Shown here piece after piece: positions 51,240 through 61,076 of a DNA stretch of 64,000 nucleotides (its first letter is position 1; each line of letters opens with the position of its first letter). The position numbers and the translations under genes were made by a program. The DNA is taken from contig NZ_DATDJO010000016.1 in the NCBI RefSeq assembly GCF_036520495.1, forward strand, positions 971 through 64,970, in the 5' to 3' direction. The notes beneath the pieces are model-generated. The model was not told the DNA's origin and ran no database searches. It was given only the letters and a program-made list of their open reading frames with translations. This DNA comes from Povalibacter sp. (lineage in GTDB: Bacteria; Pseudomonadota; Gammaproteobacteria; Steroidobacterales; Steroidobacteraceae).

Positions 51240-53399
51240 ATGGACTATGCGTCCTCCATTCTCGGTCTGCTGCCGACCGGAAGACGCTCGATAGGCGTCA
51301 CCCAGCTTCTCAACAAGCTTGAAACATACCTGCCGCCGGCGCAGGTCGACCGGGTTCGGGATGCATATGAATTCGGAGCGCAGGCCCATCAGGGCCAGAA
51401 GCGCTTAAGCGGCGAACCCTACATCGCACATCCGGTGGCGGTGGCCGACATCCTGGCCGACCTGCACCTCGATGCGCAGACCATCGTCGCTGCGATCCTG
51501 CACGACGTCATCGAAGACACTGCGAGCTCCAAGGAAGAAATCGCCGAGCGCTTCGGCGCGGAAGTCGCCGAGCTGGTCGACGGTGTCTCCAAACTCGATC
51601 AGATCCAGTTTCGCAGTCGCGCCGAGGCGCAGGCCGAATCCTTCCGCAAGATGCTGCTGGCCATGGTTCGCGATATTCGCGTGGTCATGGTCAAACTCGC
51701 CGATCGCACGCACAACATGCGCACGCTGGGCGCGATGCCGCCGGCGAAGCGCCGCACGATTGCGCGCGAGACCCTGGAAATCTACGCGCCGATCGCGAAT
51801 CGCCTGGGCATTCACTCGGTCAAGTCGGAGCTCGAGGATCTCGGGTTCAAGTCCTTGTACCCGGGTCGCTATCGCATCATCGAGCGTGCGCTGAAGAAGG
51901 CGCGCGGCAACCAGAAGCAGTTCGTCGGCAAGATCGCGGACAATCTGCGCGGCGGACTGGCCAAGGCCGACATCAAAGGGCGCGTCGAAGGTCGCGAGAA
52001 GCACCTCTACAGCGTCTACCAGAAAATGCGGCGCAAGCGCGCACCGCTGACCTCCATCGTCGACGTCTTCGGCTTCCGCATCGTCGTCGACAGCGTCGAT
52101 ACCTGTTATCGAACGCTCGGCCTGGTGCACGGCCTGTATCGGCCGATGCCGGGCCGCTTCAAGGACTACATCGCGATTCCGCGCGTCAACGGCTACCAGT
52201 CGTTGCACACGACGCTCTTCGGGCCGAACGGCATGCCCATCGAAGTGCAGATCCGCACCGAGGAAATGAATAGCGTCGCCGAATCCGGCATTGCGGCCCA
52301 CTGGGGTTACAAGTCCGGCGAAGACCAGGGGCGCGCTTATCGCGACCGGGCAAGCGAGTGGCTGCAGCAGCTGATGGAGATTCAGCACGGCGGCAACTCC
52401 GAAGAATTCATGGAGAGCGTGAAAGTCGACCTGTTCCCCGACAAGGTCTATGTCTTCACGCCGCGCGGCGAAATCCGTCGCCTGCCGCGCAACGCCACCG
52501 CGGTCGACTTCGCCTACAGCGTGCACACCGACATCGGCAATCACTGCGTTGCCGCCAAGGTCGATCGCCGGCTCGTGCCACTGCGCACACCGCTGCGCAA
52601 TGGTCAGACCGTGGAAATCATCACCGCGAAGGGTGCTACGCCGAATCCGGCGTGGGTGAATTTCGTGGTGACGGCCAAGGCGCGCGCCGCGATTCGTCAC
52701 TATTTAAAGAGCTTGAAGCATTCCGAAGCCGTCGAGCTCGGCAAACGCATGCTGAACCAGGCGCTCAGCGATCTGGGGCTGGCACTCAAGAAGGTCCCGG
52801 ACGAACGCGTCCAGGCCGCAGCGAGCGATCTCAATCTCAAGAGCGCGGAAGAATTGTTTGAGCGCATCGGCCTGGGTGAGCGGCTTGCGCCGCTGGTCGC
52901 GCGTCGTCTGTTGCCTGCGGATACTGCGCCTCCCGCCGAGCCCGTGCCGCAATCGGGTCCGCTGGCCATCGCCGGCACCGAAGGCATGGTCGTGACCTAC
53001 GCGCGCTGCTGCTTCCCGATTCCCAATGATCCGATCATGGCCTACCTGTCGAGCGGCCGCGGCGTCGTGATCCACCGCGAGGTCTGCGGCAATCTGCGCA
53101 ACTACCGCAAGCAACCCGACAAATGGCTGTCCGTATCCTGGCAGCCAAGCCTCGACCGCCTGTTCAATGTCGAAATCCGTATCGACGTCAGCAATCGCAT
53201 GGGCGCACTGGCCGCGATCGCGTCCAACATCGCCTCGACCGATACCAACATCGAGCACGTGGCGGTGGATGAACGCGACGGCGACGCGTCGACCCTGGTC
53301 TTCGACCTGCAGGTCCGCAATCGCAAACACCTGGCGGGCGTGATCAAGAATCTGCGCAAGATGGCGGAGGTGTTGAGGGTCACTCGAGTACTCGCATGA
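51240..53399 (+). CDS. spoT: Bifunctional (p)ppGpp synthetase/hydrolase
   Basis: HD hydrolase (HPVAVA...LHDVIEDT), synthetase block (YKSLH...RTEEM), TGS and ACT domains. Follows rpoZ. Confidence 0.9.
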   Translation: MDYASSILGLLPTGRRSIGVTQLLNKLETYLPPAQVDRVRDAYEFGAQAHQGQKRLSGEPYIAHPVAVADILADLHLDAQTIVAAILHDVIEDTASSKEEIAERFGAEVAELVDGVSKLDQIQFRSRAEAQAESFRKMLLAMVRDIRVVMVKLADRTHNMRTLGAMPPAKRRTIARETLEIYAPIANRLGIHSVKSELEDLGFKSLYPGRYRIIERALKKARGNQKQFVGKIADNLRGGLAKADIKGRVEGREKHLYSVYQKMRRKRAPLTSIVDVFGFRIVVDSVDTCYRTLGLVHGLYRPMPGRFKDYIAIPRVNGYQSLHTTLFGPNGMPIEVQIRTEEMNSVAESGIAAHWGYKSGEDQGRAYRDRASEWLQQLMEIQHGGNSEEFMESVKVDLFPDKVYVFTPRGEIRRLPRNATAVDFAYSVHTDIGNHCVAAKVDRRLVPLRTPLRNGQTVEIITAKGATPNPAWVNFVVTAKARAAIRHYLKSLKHSEAVELGKRMLNQALSDLGLALKKVPDERVQAAASDLNLKSAEELFERIGLGERLAPLVARRLLPADTAPPAEPVPQSGPLAIAGTEGMVVTYARCCFPIPNDPIMAYLSSGRGVVIHREVCGNLRNYRKQPDKWLSVSWQPSLDRLFNVEIRIDVSNRMGALAAIASNIASTDTNIEHVAVDERDGDASTLVFDLQVRNRKHLAGVIKNLRKMAEVLRVTRVLA

Positions 53400-53400
53400 C

Positions 53401-53496
53401 CCGGCTAACTGGCAAACTGGCCAGAGCCAGAACCAAGCCGCATTGATGATTCTCTGTCCGGATTCTGGCCAGCAGACCGGTTTGCCAGTCGGCCAG
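53401..53496. repeat. Family B copy 6 (spoT|ridA)
   Basis: CCGGCTAACTGGCAAACTGGCCAG ... CTGGCCAGCAGACCGGTTTGCCAGTCGGCCAG. Confidence 0.8.
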
Positions 53497-53520
53497 TAAG
53501 CCTTCTTTATCGAGGTCCTC

Positions 53521-53907
53521 ATGTCGTCCCGCACCATCATCTCGACCCCCGACGCTCCCGCCGCTGTCGGCACTTACTCGCAGGCCGTGAAGGTCGGCAA
53601 CACCGTGTATGTCTCGGGCCAGATTCCCCTCGATCCCAGGTCGGGACAGCTGGTGACGAGTTCGATGGACGCACAGATCCGGCGGGTTTTCGACAATCTC
53701 AATGCCATCATCACGGCGTCGGGCGGTACGTTTGCGAGCGTGACCAAGCTCAACGTGTTCCTGACGGACCTCTCGCACTTTGCGCTGCTGAACCAGATCA
53801 TGGCGGAGTACTTCCAGGAACCGTATCCCGCGCGTGCGGCGATCCAGGTCGCGGCATTGCCGAAGGGCGCGGCCGTTGAGATGGATTGCGTGCTGGAACT
53901 CGGCTGA
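53521..53907 (+). CDS. ridA: RidA-family reactive-intermediate deaminase
   Basis: APAAVGTYSQAVKVGNTVYVSGQIPLDP...PARAAIQVAALPKGA.VE. Confidence 0.85.
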   Translation: MSSRTIISTPDAPAAVGTYSQAVKVGNTVYVSGQIPLDPRSGQLVTSSMDAQIRRVFDNLNAIITASGGTFASVTKLNVFLTDLSHFALLNQIMAEYFQEPYPARAAIQVAALPKGAAVEMDCVLELG

Positions 53908-53909
53908 TT

Positions 53910-54037
53910 GGCGTACGGGCTAGCCGGCCAACGGCCAACTGGCCAACTGGCGTACTGGCAAGATCAAGAGCACAGAACCTCCGGCTTCTGGCCGGTCGGC
54001 CAGTTAGCCCGTTAGCCAGTCCGCCAGTTGGCCGGCC
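53910..54037. repeat. Family B copy 7 (ridA|recG)
   Basis: GGCGTACGGGCTAGCCGGCCAACGGCCAACTGGCCAACTGGCGTACTGGC ... CTGGCCGGTCGGCCAGTTAGCCCGTTAGCCAGTCCGCCAGTTGGCCGGCC. Arms of about 50 nt. Confidence 0.85.
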
Positions 54038-54068
54038 GACTCACATACACTCGCCACGGACGGCGCTC

Positions 54069-56174
54069 ATGAATATTTCTGCCAAATCACAACCTGTATC
54101 CGCGGCCGAACACCGGCCCGTCACTGTATTGCGCGGTGTGGGCGCAGCGTTGGCACAGAAACTGCTGAAGCTGGGCGTCTCCACCATCCAGGATCTGCTG
54201 TTCCTGTTGCCTCTGCGCTATGAAGATCGCACGCAGGTCGTACCTATTGGGGCGCTGCGGATCGGTGATCGCTCGGTGGTGGAAGGAGAAGTGCGGCTCG
54301 CCGAAGTGGCCTTTCGCGGCCGACGTCAGCTGCTGTGCCGGATCGCCGATAGCTCCGGCTCGCTGACGCTGCGGTTCTTCTATTTCAGCTCCGGTCAGCA
54401 ACAGGCGCTGACGCCCGGCGTGCGCATTCGCTGTTACGGCGAGATCCGCCGCGGCCCGGGCGGGTTGGAAATAGTGCATCCGGAGTATCGGCGCGTGGCA
54501 GGCGATGCGGCTGACCCCGTCGAAGCAACGCTCACACCCATCTACCCGCTGACCGAAGGTATGCAGCAGGGACGGTTGCGGCAGCTCACGTCGATGGCGC
54601 TGCGCGAGCTCGCGAACGAAACGATTCGCGACTGGCTGCCGGCATCGACGCTGCGCGAGTTGAACCTGCCGTCGCTGCGCGAGGCGCTCGAGTACGTGCA
54701 CCGGCCACCGCCCGACGCCAGTCTCGAATTGCTTTCGACATACCGGCATCCGTCGCAACGGCGGCTCGCGTTCGAGGAACTGCTTGCGCACCACCTGAGC
54801 CTGCGTCTGTTACGCCGCGAAGTGCAGCGCGACCCCGGCTGGGCCTTTCAGCCGCAACGCAACCTCATCGAGGGATTTCTGCGCTCGCTGCCGTTCTCCC
54901 CGACGGGGGCACAGCAACGGACCTGGGCTGAGATCGAGCGCGACCTGCAGCAATCGAGCCCGATGCTGCGACTCGTGCAAGGCGACGTGGGCAGCGGCAA
55001 GACCCTGGTGGCGGCGCTCGCTGCCGTGCGCGCCGTCGAATCCGGATTTCAGGCGGCTGTGATGGCCCCCACTGAACTGCTGGCCGAACAGCACGGCCGC
55101 AATTTCGTCACGTGGCTGTCGCCGTTGAATCTCCAGGTCGTCCTGCTCACCGGCAAGCGTTCAGGCGCCGCGCGAACACGCGCGTTCAGTGATGTGTCCT
55201 CGGGCGCCGCGCAGATCGTCATCGGCACGCACGCTCTGTTCCAGGAGCAGGTGCAGTTTCATCGCCTGGGCCTGGTGATCATCGATGAGCAGCACCGTTT
55301 CGGCGTGCACCAGCGGTTGTTGCTGCGCGAGAAGGGGGCGAGTGCGGGGCGTTTTCCGCACCAGCTCATCATGACCGCCACGCCCATTCCGCGCACGTTG
55401 GCGATGACGGCTTATGCGGACCTGGATGTGTCGATCATCGACGAGTTGCCGCCGGGAAGAACCCCGGTCAAGACCGTGGTGCTCACCGAGAGCCGCCGCG
55501 ACGAAGTGGTCATGCGCATTCGCGATGCCTGTCGGCAGAAGCGGCAAGCGTACTGGGTCTGCCCGCTCGTCGAAGAATCGGCAGAACTCGATGCACAGGC
55601 CGCCGAGGAGACCGCGCACACCCTGGCAGAGGCTCTGTCGGAGCTGCGCGTCGGTCTCGTGCATGGGCGCATGACGTCACGCGACAAGGACGCCGTCATG
55701 AGCGAGTTCAAGGCGGGCAACATCGATCTGCTCGTCGCCACCACAGTCATCGAGGTTGGCGTCGATGTGCCGAATGCCAGCCTGATGGTGATCGAGAATT
55801 CCGAGCGCATGGGACTGGCACAGCTGCATCAGCTGCGCGGTCGCGTCGGCCGCGGCTCGGCGGAAAGCAACTGCGTGCTGCTGTATCGCCCGCCACTGAC
55901 CGAAGTTGCACGCGAGCGTCTGAGCGTCATGCGTGCGACCAACGATGGCTTCGAGATTTCACGCCGCGACCTGGAACTGCGGGGTCCCGGTGAACTGCTC
56001 GGCACGAAGCAGACTGGTCTGATGCAGATGCGAGTCGCCGATCTGATGCGCGATGCGGATCTGTTGCCGCGCGTACAGCAGACCGCGGAATTGATGCTGG
56101 CGGAGAATGAGGCCAACATAGCGCCGCTGCTGCGCCGCTGGACGGGGCAGGGCGAGCAGTTTGGAAAAGTGTGA
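54069..56174 (+). CDS. recG: ATP-dependent DNA helicase RecG
   Basis: Wedge domain, helicase motif I GDVGSGKT, DEQHRFG, and TATPIPRTL. Start trimmed to MNISAKSQ at 54069 because the track ORF reads through repeat B7. Confidence 0.9.
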   Translation: MNISAKSQPVSAAEHRPVTVLRGVGAALAQKLLKLGVSTIQDLLFLLPLRYEDRTQVVPIGALRIGDRSVVEGEVRLAEVAFRGRRQLLCRIADSSGSLTLRFFYFSSGQQQALTPGVRIRCYGEIRRGPGGLEIVHPEYRRVAGDAADPVEATLTPIYPLTEGMQQGRLRQLTSMALRELANETIRDWLPASTLRELNLPSLREALEYVHRPPPDASLELLSTYRHPSQRRLAFEELLAHHLSLRLLRREVQRDPGWAFQPQRNLIEGFLRSLPFSPTGAQQRTWAEIERDLQQSSPMLRLVQGDVGSGKTLVAALAAVRAVESGFQAAVMAPTELLAEQHGRNFVTWLSPLNLQVVLLTGKRSGAARTRAFSDVSSGAAQIVIGTHALFQEQVQFHRLGLVIIDEQHRFGVHQRLLLREKGASAGRFPHQLIMTATPIPRTLAMTAYADLDVSIIDELPPGRTPVKTVVLTESRRDEVVMRIRDACRQKRQAYWVCPLVEESAELDAQAAEETAHTLAEALSELRVGLVHGRMTSRDKDAVMSEFKAGNIDLLVATTVIEVGVDVPNASLMVIENSERMGLAQLHQLRGRVGRGSAESNCVLLYRPPLTEVARERLSVMRATNDGFEISRRDLELRGPGELLGTKQTGLMQMRVADLMRDADLLPRVQQTAELMLAENEANIAPLLRRWTGQGEQFGKV

Positions 56175-56183
56175 ATAGAAAGA

Positions 56184-56288
56184 GAGGTGCTAGGGACTAG
56201 GCTCCAGGCCCCAGCAGGAAAAATCGATGCGATCAAAGTCATCATGTACTGTTCCCACCAGCGCCTAGGGCGTAGCACCTAGAGCCTG
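56184..56288. repeat. Intergenic palindromic element, family E (recG|ubiA), single copy in the window
   Basis: GAGGTGCTAGGGACTAGGCTCCAGG ... CGCCTAGGGCGTAGCACCTAGAGCCTG. The arms are built around CTAGG/TAGCACCT words, with a unique spacer of about 53 nt. Confidence 0.55.
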
Positions 56289-56293
56289 TTCCA

Positions 56294-57244
56294 ATGTCCT
56301 CTCCTCCAACCGTCACTAATCGTCTGCGCTGGCTGGGCCATCGCATCGCATCGACCCCTTTCGTCGCGGAGATTCTGCCCGCAGCAACCAAACGCGCCGG
56401 CGCTTACGCACGGCTGCTGCGTCTCGACAAGCCAATCGGCATCTGGCTGCTGCTGTGGCCGGTGCTGTGGGCCTTGTGGCTGTCTTCGGGCGGTAAGCCG
56501 GATCCGCAGGTGTTCGTCGTGTTCGTGCTGGGCACCGTGCTGACGCGGTCCGCCGGCTGCGCCATGAATGACTTTGCGGATCGCGATTTCGATGCTCATG
56601 TGAAGCGGACTCGCAATCGTCCGCTGGCCACGGGCGAACTCGATCCGATCGAGGCGCTCGCGCTGTGCGTCAGCCTCGGCCTCGTGGCGATCGGCCTCGT
56701 GCTGACCCTGAATCGACTCACGCAGCTCATGGCCATTGGCGGCGCCGTGCTGCTACTGACGTACCCGTTCATGAAGCGTTTCTTTCCGCTGCCGCAGTTC
56801 TATCTGGGCGCCGCGTTCACCTGGTCGGTGCCGATGGCTTATGTGGCTCACACCGGCGAGTATCCGCCGCGCATGGCATGGCTGCTGTTCATCGCCGGGC
56901 TGCTGTGGACGATGGCCTACGACACCATGTATGCCATGGTCGACCGCGAGGACGACAAGAAGCTGGGCATCCGTTCCAGCGCCATCCTGTTCGGCGACGC
57001 CGACCGATTCGTCATCGGCGTCATGCAACTCATGTCGCTCTATGCGCTGTGGCTCGCCGGATACGAACTCGACCTCGGCCTCTGGTTCGGCCTGGGGCTC
57101 AGCGTGGCCGCCGTCTTCGCCCTGTACCAGCAGTACCTGATCCGTGACCGCAAACCCGAGGAATGTCTCAAGGCATTCCTCAACAACAATTACTTCGGCA
57201 TGGCGATCTTCATCGGGATCGCGCTGGAGTACGTGTTCCGGTGA
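56294..57244 (+). CDS. ubiA: 4-hydroxybenzoate polyprenyltransferase
   Basis: RLDKPIG..LL, NDFADRDFD and DREDD Asp-rich motifs, about 9 TM segments. Confidence 0.85.
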   Translation: MSSPPTVTNRLRWLGHRIASTPFVAEILPAATKRAGAYARLLRLDKPIGIWLLLWPVLWALWLSSGGKPDPQVFVVFVLGTVLTRSAGCAMNDFADRDFDAHVKRTRNRPLATGELDPIEALALCVSLGLVAIGLVLTLNRLTQLMAIGGAVLLLTYPFMKRFFPLPQFYLGAAFTWSVPMAYVAHTGEYPPRMAWLLFIAGLLWTMAYDTMYAMVDREDDKKLGIRSSAILFGDADRFVIGVMQLMSLYALWLAGYELDLGLWFGLGLSVAAVFALYQQYLIRDRKPEECLKAFLNNNYFGMAIFIGIALEYVFR

Positions 57245-57260
57245 AGTGACGAGGGTCACG

Positions 57261-58013
57261 TCACTTCATTCTCCCTGCCCGCGCCACTGCCCACACATCG
57301 ACCCGACGCGCTCCCGCGCGCCGTAGCACACGTGCAAGTTCATTGACCGTACTGCCCGTCGTCACGACATCGTCGATGATGGCGACATGCCGGCCGCGCA
57401 GTTCGCCGGACAGCGAGAAGGCGCCGCGCACATTTCTGCTTCGCTGCTTGCGGTCGAGCTCCGCCTGTTCGAGGGTTTCGCGCGAGCGCACGACAAGATC
57501 CGTGCGCACCCGCACCGGCAAACGCCGCTCGATCACGGCGGCCAGTTCGATGGCCTGGTTGTAGCCGCGTTGTTCAAAGCGCTTCTGCGCCAGCGGCATG
57601 GGCACGACGCAGTCGGGCCACGGTCCGCAATGCATGCGACCCACGTACGCCGCCATGATTTCGCCCAGTACCCGCCCGTGAATCACGGCATTGCCGTACT
57701 TCAGCTGCCGGATCATGCGATCGACAGGGTAGGCATAGCGCAGTGCGCACAGCGCCGCGTCGAAACGCGGCACCCGCTGCAGACAAAGGCCGCACAGCAG
57801 CGGCGCGACGCTGATTCCGCGGGCCAGCGGCTCCGCGCAGCGCGCGCAGGCGGAGTCGTTCTTCGGCAGATCGGCATGACACTCCGCGCACAGATCGAGC
57901 AGCGGGTTGGCGCCGCGGCCGCTGCACAGCACGCAGACCGACGGCCACCAGCGGGCGGCGATTCGCCGGCCCTGCTGCCACAGGGGGAAATGAGCGCGAG
58001 CTACGTCGACCAT
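57261..58013 (-). CDS. ComF-family phosphoribosyltransferase-like protein
   Basis: N-terminal CxxC...CxxC zinc-finger pattern and C-terminal PRTase motif [14 protein letters not shown]. Start trimmed to MVDVARAH at 58013. Confidence 0.75.
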   Translation of the reverse strand: MVDVARAHFPLWQQGRRIAARWWPSVCVLCSGRGANPLLDLCAECHADLPKNDSACARCAEPLARGISVAPLLCGLCLQRVPRFDAALCALRYAYPVDRMIRQLKYGNAVIHGRVLGEIMAAYVGRMHCGPWPDCVVPMPLAQKRFEQRGYNQAIELAAVIERRLPVRVRTDLVVRSRETLEQAELDRKQRSRNVRGAFSLSGELRGRHVAIIDDVVTTGSTVNELARVLRRAGARRVDVWAVARAGRMK

Positions 58014-58141
58014 TTTTTGAATCGTTGGTTGACAGTGGATCGGGTGGCTGGAAATACTTGCCGGCCGTCGTGGCAAGTCTGTCTGACCAGATGCGCTGCG
58101 CTGAATGCTATTTCTGTTCCCTTCTGCTGGAAAAGACACCC

Positions 58142-59176
58142 ATGACCCAAACAGCCGGACTTGAAGCAATGCGACTCGGCGATGTGCGCACGGACTGGCG
58201 CCTCGACGACGTCCGCGCCCTGTTTGCGCTGCCCTTCGCGGACCTGCTGTTCCATGCACAACGCGTCCATCGCGACAACTTCGACCCGAACGAAGTGCAG
58301 ATCAGCACGCTGCTGTCGATCAAGACCGGCGCCTGCCCGGAAGATTGCGCGTATTGCTCACAGAGCATTCGCTTCGAGACCGGCCTCAAGTCGGAGCCGC
58401 TCATGGATCTCGAGGAAGTCATGCAGAAGGCCCGCGCCGCGCGCGCCAATGGCGCCACGCGCTTTTGCATGGGCGCGGCCTATCGCAGCCCGAAGCCGAA
58501 GCAGCTCGCGCAAATCGCCGAGATGGTGAAGGGCGTACGCGAGCTCGGCATGGAAACCTGCGTGACGCTGGGAATGCTCAATGCCCAGCAGGCGCAGGAC
58601 CTGAAGGACGCCGGACTCGATTACTACAACCACAACCTCGACACGTCCGAGTCCCATTACAAGGAGATCATCACGACCCGCAGCTACCAGGATCGCCTGG
58701 ATACGCTGCAGGCCGTGCGGCAGGCGGGCATCAAGGTCTGTTGCGGCGGCATTCTCGGCATGGGCGAAACGGAACTCGATCGCGCCCAGCTGCTGCACAC
58801 ACTGGCAACGTTGCCGCAGCATCCGGAAAGTGTGCCGATCAACCAGCTCATGCAGGTGGCTGGAACGCCGTTGCACGGGGTGGACAAAGTCGAGCCGCTC
58901 GAATTCATCCGGACCATCGCCGTCGCACGCCTGCTCATGCCGCGCTCGCACGTGCGCCTGTCGGCCGGCCGTTCCGAGATGAGCGATGAAACCCAGGCTC
59001 TGTGCTTCCTGGCCGGCGCGAACTCGATCTTCTACGGCGACAAGCTGCTGACGACCGAAAATCCGGACGAGAACCACGACCTGCAGCTGTTTGCGCGGCT
59101 CGGGATCCAGCGGGAGGAAGCACGCCAACCCCGCAGCTGCCGTGCGCCTGCGCCGCAAGTCGCGGCAACTGCCTGA
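58142..59176 (+). CDS. bioB: Biotin synthase
   Basis: Radical-SAM [10 protein letters not shown] plus the YNHNLDTS block. Start trimmed to MTQTAGLE at 58142. Confidence 0.9.
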   Translation: MTQTAGLEAMRLGDVRTDWRLDDVRALFALPFADLLFHAQRVHRDNFDPNEVQISTLLSIKTGACPEDCAYCSQSIRFETGLKSEPLMDLEEVMQKARAARANGATRFCMGAAYRSPKPKQLAQIAEMVKGVRELGMETCVTLGMLNAQQAQDLKDAGLDYYNHNLDTSESHYKEIITTRSYQDRLDTLQAVRQAGIKVCCGGILGMGETELDRAQLLHTLATLPQHPESVPINQLMQVAGTPLHGVDKVEPLEFIRTIAVARLLMPRSHVRLSAGRSEMSDETQALCFLAGANSIFYGDKLLTTENPDENHDLQLFARLGIQREEARQPRSCRAPAPQVAATA

Positions 59177-59232
59177 CCCGGCTGTTGCCACAAGGAAGCC
59201 GGGCCTGCGAAAAGCGGCTATCTTCGCCGCCC

Positions 59233-60120
59233 ATGCCCAGGCCCGCCGCTTCCGACGACTACTTTCTCGATCCGCGCAGCATCCGCCGCGCGTTCGACAA
59301 CGCTGCTGCGACGTTCGACTCTGCGGCCGTCGTGCATGCGGAGATCCGCACGCGATTGCTTGAAAGACTGGATGTCGTCCGTCTCGATCCCTCGCTGATC
59401 GTCGATCTCGGTGCAGCCACCGGCCACGGTAGCCGGGCTTTGAAGGATCGCTATCCGCGATCGCAGGTACTGGCGGTCGATATGTCGACTCGCATGCTCG
59501 CGGAGGCGCGTCGGCAGCAACGCTGGCTGCGGCGTTTTCAGCTCGTAGCCGCCGATGCGAGCCACCTGCCCCTGCGCGACGGCAGCGCGGAACTGGCCTT
59601 CAGCAACCTGATGCTGCAGTGGTGCAACGACCCCGATGCGATTTTCAGGGAAACCCGGCGCGTGCTGCGTCCGGGCGGATTATTCACGTTCGCGAGCCTC
59701 GGACCGGACTCTCTGCGTGAACTGCGCAATGCCTGGAACGCCATCGACGCGCATGTCCATGTGCATCGATTCATCGATATGCACGACCTTGGCGATGCCC
59801 TGATGCGCGCGGGCTTCGCCGAACCGGTCATGGACACGGAGCGACTGACGATCACCTATCGCTCGATCGACACCTTGTTGCAGGAGCTGAAGCACAGCGG
59901 CTCGGGGAACGTGGCGGCAGGCCGCGGTCGAGGGCTGACACCGCGGACTGCGCGGCGACGTCTCGAGACGGCACTGGACGCCGCACGGGTGAAGGACCTT
60001 CTCCCGATAACCCTAGAGGTGGTGTACGGGCATGCATGGACGGTAGAGAAGCCCGAAGCCCGGCGCGATCGGTCCGAGATGGTAGTTCCAATCGCCAGCA
60101 TCAAGCGGCGAACCATTTAA
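59233..60120 (+). CDS. bioC: Malonyl-[acp] O-methyltransferase
   Basis: RRAFDNAAATFDSAAVVH.EI...LL.RL, SAM motif DLGAATG, follows bioB. Start trimmed to 59233. Confidence 0.8.
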   Translation: MPRPAASDDYFLDPRSIRRAFDNAAATFDSAAVVHAEIRTRLLERLDVVRLDPSLIVDLGAATGHGSRALKDRYPRSQVLAVDMSTRMLAEARRQQRWLRRFQLVAADASHLPLRDGSAELAFSNLMLQWCNDPDAIFRETRRVLRPGGLFTFASLGPDSLRELRNAWNAIDAHVHVHRFIDMHDLGDALMRAGFAEPVMDTERLTITYRSIDTLLQELKHSGSGNVAAGRGRGLTPRTARRRLETALDAARVKDLLPITLEVVYGHAWTVEKPEARRDRSEMVVPIASIKRRTI

Positions 60121-60196
60121 ATATTCTTGTTTAATAACAACGGGTAGTGGATTTATTCCTTAAATCAATCATTTTTTATTTATTGAAATTTTCGAC
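60117..60196. other. Isolated AT-rich island (18 G/C in 80 nt)
   Basis: ttaaatattcttgtttaataacaacgggtagtggatttattccttaaatcaatcattttttatttattgaaattttcgac. It starts at the bioC stop codon and is flanked by GGTAGT/ACTACC. GC is counted by hand at about 22%, against about 65% in the surroundings. Confidence 0.9.
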
Positions 60197-60421
60197 TACC
60201 GCGACCCTGACAAGCCTCGGCGGCAGCATCGTCGGCCCAGTGACCCGCCGCGACGCAGGCAGAAGGAGCACCAATCCGGGCCTCACAGCGACGATAGCGC
60301 CAGAACTGTAGAAATCCCTTTTCCATCCGTGATTTATGCGTTGCATAGGCCGCTTGCGGCCGTTAGCATGGCGACCCGTTTCAGGGCGCCCGCGTGTCGC
60401 CAGCCACTCCCCGTAAATTCG

Positions 60422-60955
60422 ATGAATCATGGCGTCGCAATGGGGCCGCCGCTGAGCCCACCCACCCCGATCCGCATCGGGAATGGCACGCACCGTTTCG
60501 AACTGAAGGCGCGCTGTTCGCTGACTCCGCGCACGGCCCGGACGTTCATCGCCAGCATGGCGCTCGGCACGTTTGGCGTCTCGGGGTTCTTCGCGTTGCA
60601 GGGCTTCTGGCCTGTCCTGCCGTTTGCCGGCGCCGAGATTGCCTTACTGACCTGGGCCGTACGGGCGTCGATGCGCAAGGGACAGGAGCGGGAAACCATT
60701 ACGATCACCGAGGAATCGGTGCTCATCGAACGACTGACGATGCAGAACGAGCATCGCTCGGTATTTCCTCGTCATTGGGCGAAGGTTAAACTCCACGCCC
60801 CGGCGACGGCGCTGCATCCGAGCCGACTCACTCTCGAGTCGTCAGGCCGCGCCTGTGAAGTGGGCAGGTTTCTCACAGAAGACGAGCGCCGCGGACTAGC
60901 GGTGCGTTTACAGCAGCTGGTGGGGAATGTGAATGAGTCACCCGCGCTCAGGTAA
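60422..60955 (+). CDS. DUF2244-like integral membrane protein associated with cytochrome oxidase operons
   Basis: Two TM segments (FIASMALGTFGVSGFFALQGFWPVLPFAGAEIALLTWAV) followed by a soluble domain, directly upstream of coxB. Start uncertain (60422 or 60440). Confidence 0.55.
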   Translation: MNHGVAMGPPLSPPTPIRIGNGTHRFELKARCSLTPRTARTFIASMALGTFGVSGFFALQGFWPVLPFAGAEIALLTWAVRASMRKGQERETITITEESVLIERLTMQNEHRSVFPRHWAKVKLHAPATALHPSRLTLESSGRACEVGRFLTEDERRGLAVRLQQLVGNVNESPALR

Positions 60956-61076
60956 CTGGGCTGTGGGGCATCATCGCGGGCGAACGCCAGCAGTTCATCC
61001 GCGGTTGCAGATTTTGCGGTACCGGCTTGTGCGGACTGGCAATGCATAGAACGAAGCAATGGGAGCATTGGCGACA

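Noticed and set aside
51405-52700. 431-aa ORF antisense to spoT
   Set aside because: Shadow ORF with Arg/Asp/Ala-rich composition and no motifs.
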